Assembly: GCA_045646965.1 (NCBI GenBank)
Contig: JAZRLR010000006.1
Span: 234-64,233 of the forward strand
DNA length: 64,000 nt
Direction: 5' to 3'
From: Bacteroidaceae bacterium
Lineage (GTDB): Bacteria > Bacteroidota > Bacteroidia > Bacteroidales > Bacteroidaceae
In this document: in pieces, positions 61,874-64,000 of the stretch
How positions within the stretch are numbered: the first letter of the stretch is position 1
Layout: each line of letters starts with the position of its first letter
Position numbers and translations under genes: made by a program
The notes under the pieces: model-generated
Databases searched by the model: none
What the model saw: only the letters and a program-made list of their open reading frames with translations
Told to the model about the DNA's origin: nothing

Positions 61874-63460
61874 ATGAAAAGACTTTTACTGCTATCGTTA
61901 ATTTCGATTTTACTCTCGGGCGTGTCGGCACAGAACCAGATGCCCGCGTCTCTTTATAAGTTGCTCACAGCAGGCAATGTGATAAATCGCTGCTATGTGG
62001 ACAGTGTCGATGAAGCAAAGGTTGTGGAAGAGGGCGTGAAGGCGATGCTCAAACAGCTCGACCCCCACTCGACCTACACCGACCCGCAGGAGACCAAAAC
62101 CCTTCTCGAGGAGATGGAGGGCAGCTTCGGCGGCATAGGTATACAGTTCAATGTGCTCGACGACTCGCTCTATGTTATACGCGTCACAAAAGACGGCCCC
62201 TCGGAGCGTGCAGGCTTGCAGGCGGGCGACAGAATAGTCACTGTGAACGACACCCTCATTTCGGGCGTTAAGATGGAGCGCTCCGATATTATGAATCGTC
62301 TGCGTGGCCGTGAGGGAACCTCTGTCGTTGTGGGCGTGAAACGTGCCGGCGAGGCCGAGCTCCTGAAGTTCAATCTTGTGCGTTCACAGATATCTACGGC
62401 AACCGTCGATGTGGCCTATATGGTCGATAAGCAGGTGGGCTACATAAGAATTACCTCTTTCGGCGCAAAAACCTACAAGGAATTTGTCACAAAGCTCGAC
62501 TCTCTGAAGTCGTGCGGTATGAAGCACCTTATGCTCGACCTGCAGGGCAACGGCGGCGGATATTTGTCGGCAGCCGTGGACATAGCAAACGAGTTTCTCG
62601 AGGAGTCGAACCTCGTCGTTTACACCGAGGGACGCATCTCGCCCCGCTACGATTACAAGTCAAAGGGCGGCGGTCGTTTCACAAAGGGCAACCTCGTGGT
62701 GCTTGTGGACGAGACATCGGCCTCGGCCTCGGAGATTCTCGCAGGTGCACTTCAAGACTGGGACCGCGGTGTGATTGTGGGGCGTCGCACCTTCGGCAAA
62801 GGCCTTGTGCAGCGTCCTTTCCCTCTGCCCGACAACTCAATGATACGCCTCACCATAGCGCGTTACTACACTCCCACAGGCCGCAGCATACAAAAGCCTT
62901 ATGGTGACTCTATAAACTATCAGGACGACCTTATGAACCGCTACAACAGCGGTGAGCTCACCAATGCCGACAGCATACACTTCCCCGATTCTCTCAAGTT
63001 TCACACAAAGCGTCTGGGACGCGTCGTTTACGGTGGCGGAGGTATTATGCCCGACTACTTTGTACCGCTCGATACGATGCGTTACACAGCGTTCCATCGC
63101 GAGCTTGCGCGCAAGGGTTCTATTGTGCTTGCCGCGCTGCGTTACGTCGATGCACACCGCAAGTCTCTGCTTGCCGACTATCCCTCGATACAGGAGTTCG
63201 ATAAGAATTTCGTGGCCGATGAGGCTGTTATGAAGGTGCTGCATCTGCAGGCCGAGCTCGACAGCGTGAAGATACCCGAGGCCGAGGAATTTGAGAAGTC
63301 CTTGCCCGAGATTACACGCCAGCTCAAAGCGCTTGTGGCGCGTGACATTTGGGACACTACCGAGGCTATGCAGGTGCTCAATCCCGACAACGACTTTTTC
63401 AAAAAAGGTTACGCTATAATAAAAGAGCGTAATATGGATAAACTGCTCAAGAAAAAGTGA
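61874..63460 (+). CDS. S41-family C-terminal processing peptidase
   Basis: 528-aa ORF with a signal peptide, a PDZ segment (GGIGIQFNVLDDSLYVIRVTKDGPSERAGLQAGDRIV), the catalytic-Ser block ETSASASEILAGAL and the Lys block GRRTFGKGLVQ. Confidence 0.9.
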   Translation: MKRLLLLSLISILLSGVSAQNQMPASLYKLLTAGNVINRCYVDSVDEAKVVEEGVKAMLKQLDPHSTYTDPQETKTLLEEMEGSFGGIGIQFNVLDDSLYVIRVTKDGPSERAGLQAGDRIVTVNDTLISGVKMERSDIMNRLRGREGTSVVVGVKRAGEAELLKFNLVRSQISTATVDVAYMVDKQVGYIRITSFGAKTYKEFVTKLDSLKSCGMKHLMLDLQGNGGGYLSAAVDIANEFLEESNLVVYTEGRISPRYDYKSKGGGRFTKGNLVVLVDETSASASEILAGALQDWDRGVIVGRRTFGKGLVQRPFPLPDNSMIRLTIARYYTPTGRSIQKPYGDSINYQDDLMNRYNSGELTNADSIHFPDSLKFHTKRLGRVVYGGGGIMPDYFVPLDTMRYTAFHRELARKGSIVLAALRYVDAHRKSLLADYPSIQEFDKNFVADEAVMKVLHLQAELDSVKIPEAEEFEKSLPEITRQLKALVARDIWDTTEAMQVLNPDNDFFKKGYAIIKERNMDKLLKKK

Positions 63461-63472
63461 TAGAAGTTAGAC

Positions 63473-63518
63473 AAAAATCAAGCGGCTAGTTCCAAAAAAC
63501 CAGCCGCTTGATTTTTTT
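63473..63518. terminator. Bidirectional terminator between convergent genes
   Basis: Stem ATCAAGCGGCT (63477-63487) / AGCCGCTTGAT (63502-63512). An A-run precedes it and TTTTTTT follows it. It abuts the stop of the minus-strand gene. Confidence 0.8.
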
Positions 63519-64000
63519 ATTGCGCCTTGCTGCAAAGAATCAGGGCTCTGTGCTCGTCGGCAAGTGTGGTGGCAAAAATGTATGTGTCGCCGCCGTCGGC
63601 AAGTTTAAGTCTCTTGCGCAGCGCCTGCACACTGTCGGGGTAGTTGCGAGTTGTGATATTAGCCTTCTTCAGCTCCGACACTCTCTTTATATCGCTCTTG
63701 GTAAAGCCCAATACCTCGGTCACCTTAAATGTGCGGCCGGGGAAGTTCTCTATAAGCTCGTGCGATGTGTAGAGGTGGCTGTTTGGGTGTAGTTTGCGTG
63801 TGCCTGTAGCCTGTGCCAGCCTTCTGTAGCAGCCGCCTTTCTGTATTGAGGCGTTGGGCTCGTATAGGTAAGCGCCTATCTCACTTGTATATACTACTGT
63901 GGAGTTCTGCTCTTCGTCGGCGGTGAATGTGAAACACTCTGTGCCGCCTTTCGTAATGTTTACACAGTGTGTCGCAGGGCTCTCGCGCCTCTCTCTCTCT
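63517..64000 (-). CDS. Class I SAM-dependent methyltransferase, C-terminal THUMP-like domain fragment (5' end outside window)
   Basis: The minus-strand frame is open from the window edge to the stop at 63517. Hand translation gives ...GAYLYEPNASIQKGGCYRRLAQATGTRKLHPNSHLYTSHELIENFPGRTFKVTEVLGFTKSDIKRVSELKKANITTRNYPDSVQALRKRLKLADGGDTYIFATT.... This resembles the PG_1098-type THUMP-like C-terminal domain. The listed 68-aa ORF (63517-63723) is only its GTG-initiated tail. Confidence 0.6.
   Translation of the reverse strand, partial: ERERRESPATHCVNITKGGTECFTFTADEEQNSTVVYTSEIGAYLYEPNASIQKGGCYRRLAQATGTRKLHPNSHLYTSHELIENFPGRTFKVTEVLGFTKSDIKRVSELKKANITTRNYPDSVQALRKRLKLADGGDTYIFATTLADEHRALILCSKAQ

Noticed and set aside
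63981-64000. CT-rich run (CTCTCGCGCCTCTCTCTCTCT) at the window edge.
   Set aside because: It lies inside the open minus-strand reading frame (encoding ERERRES). It is too short to call a microsatellite of any consequence and is cut by the window boundary.

Overview
This window looks like a chromosomal segment of a Bacteroidota (Bacteroidales-like) genome. Support for that assignment: TAnnTTTG-type -7 boxes, many lipobox lipoproteins, T9SS-type C-terminal tails, and S46, DUF4369 and DUF4292 families. All family calls come from reading the supplied translations and the DNA by eye. No database search, HMM scan or composition statistic was run.

Most of the window is housekeeping:
- rplL (partial)-rpoB-rpoC
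- a lipid acyltransferase plus N-acyltransferase pair
- dut-TPR-DUF4292-EnvC-like
- argR-GNAT-argG-argC-argD
- a lone inositol-3-phosphate synthase, then lpdA
- a GT2 glycosyltransferase, a K+/H+ antiporter and an S46 dipeptidyl-peptidase
- plsC, a stand-alone MetH activation domain coupled to a dihydroorotase, HIT, greA
- a CXXC-less TlpA-like protein, pnp, ddh, a CotH lipoprotein, a two-lobed GNAT-like protein
- parE, coaD, an S41 protease and a partial THUMP-like methyltransferase

The outlier is an ~18.3 kb block at 24006-42297. It holds three giant ORFs (2489, 1173 and 2309 aa), each with a signal peptide and a T9SS-type C-terminal tail. Together they carry five apparently intact glycoside-hydrolase modules: GH20+GH33 fused, GH20 alone, and GH84+LacZ-type GH2 fused. 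About eleven lectin-like modules are interspersed. No SusC/SusD or regulator gene lies next to the block.

I saw no rRNA, tRNA, CRISPR array, transposase or integrase.
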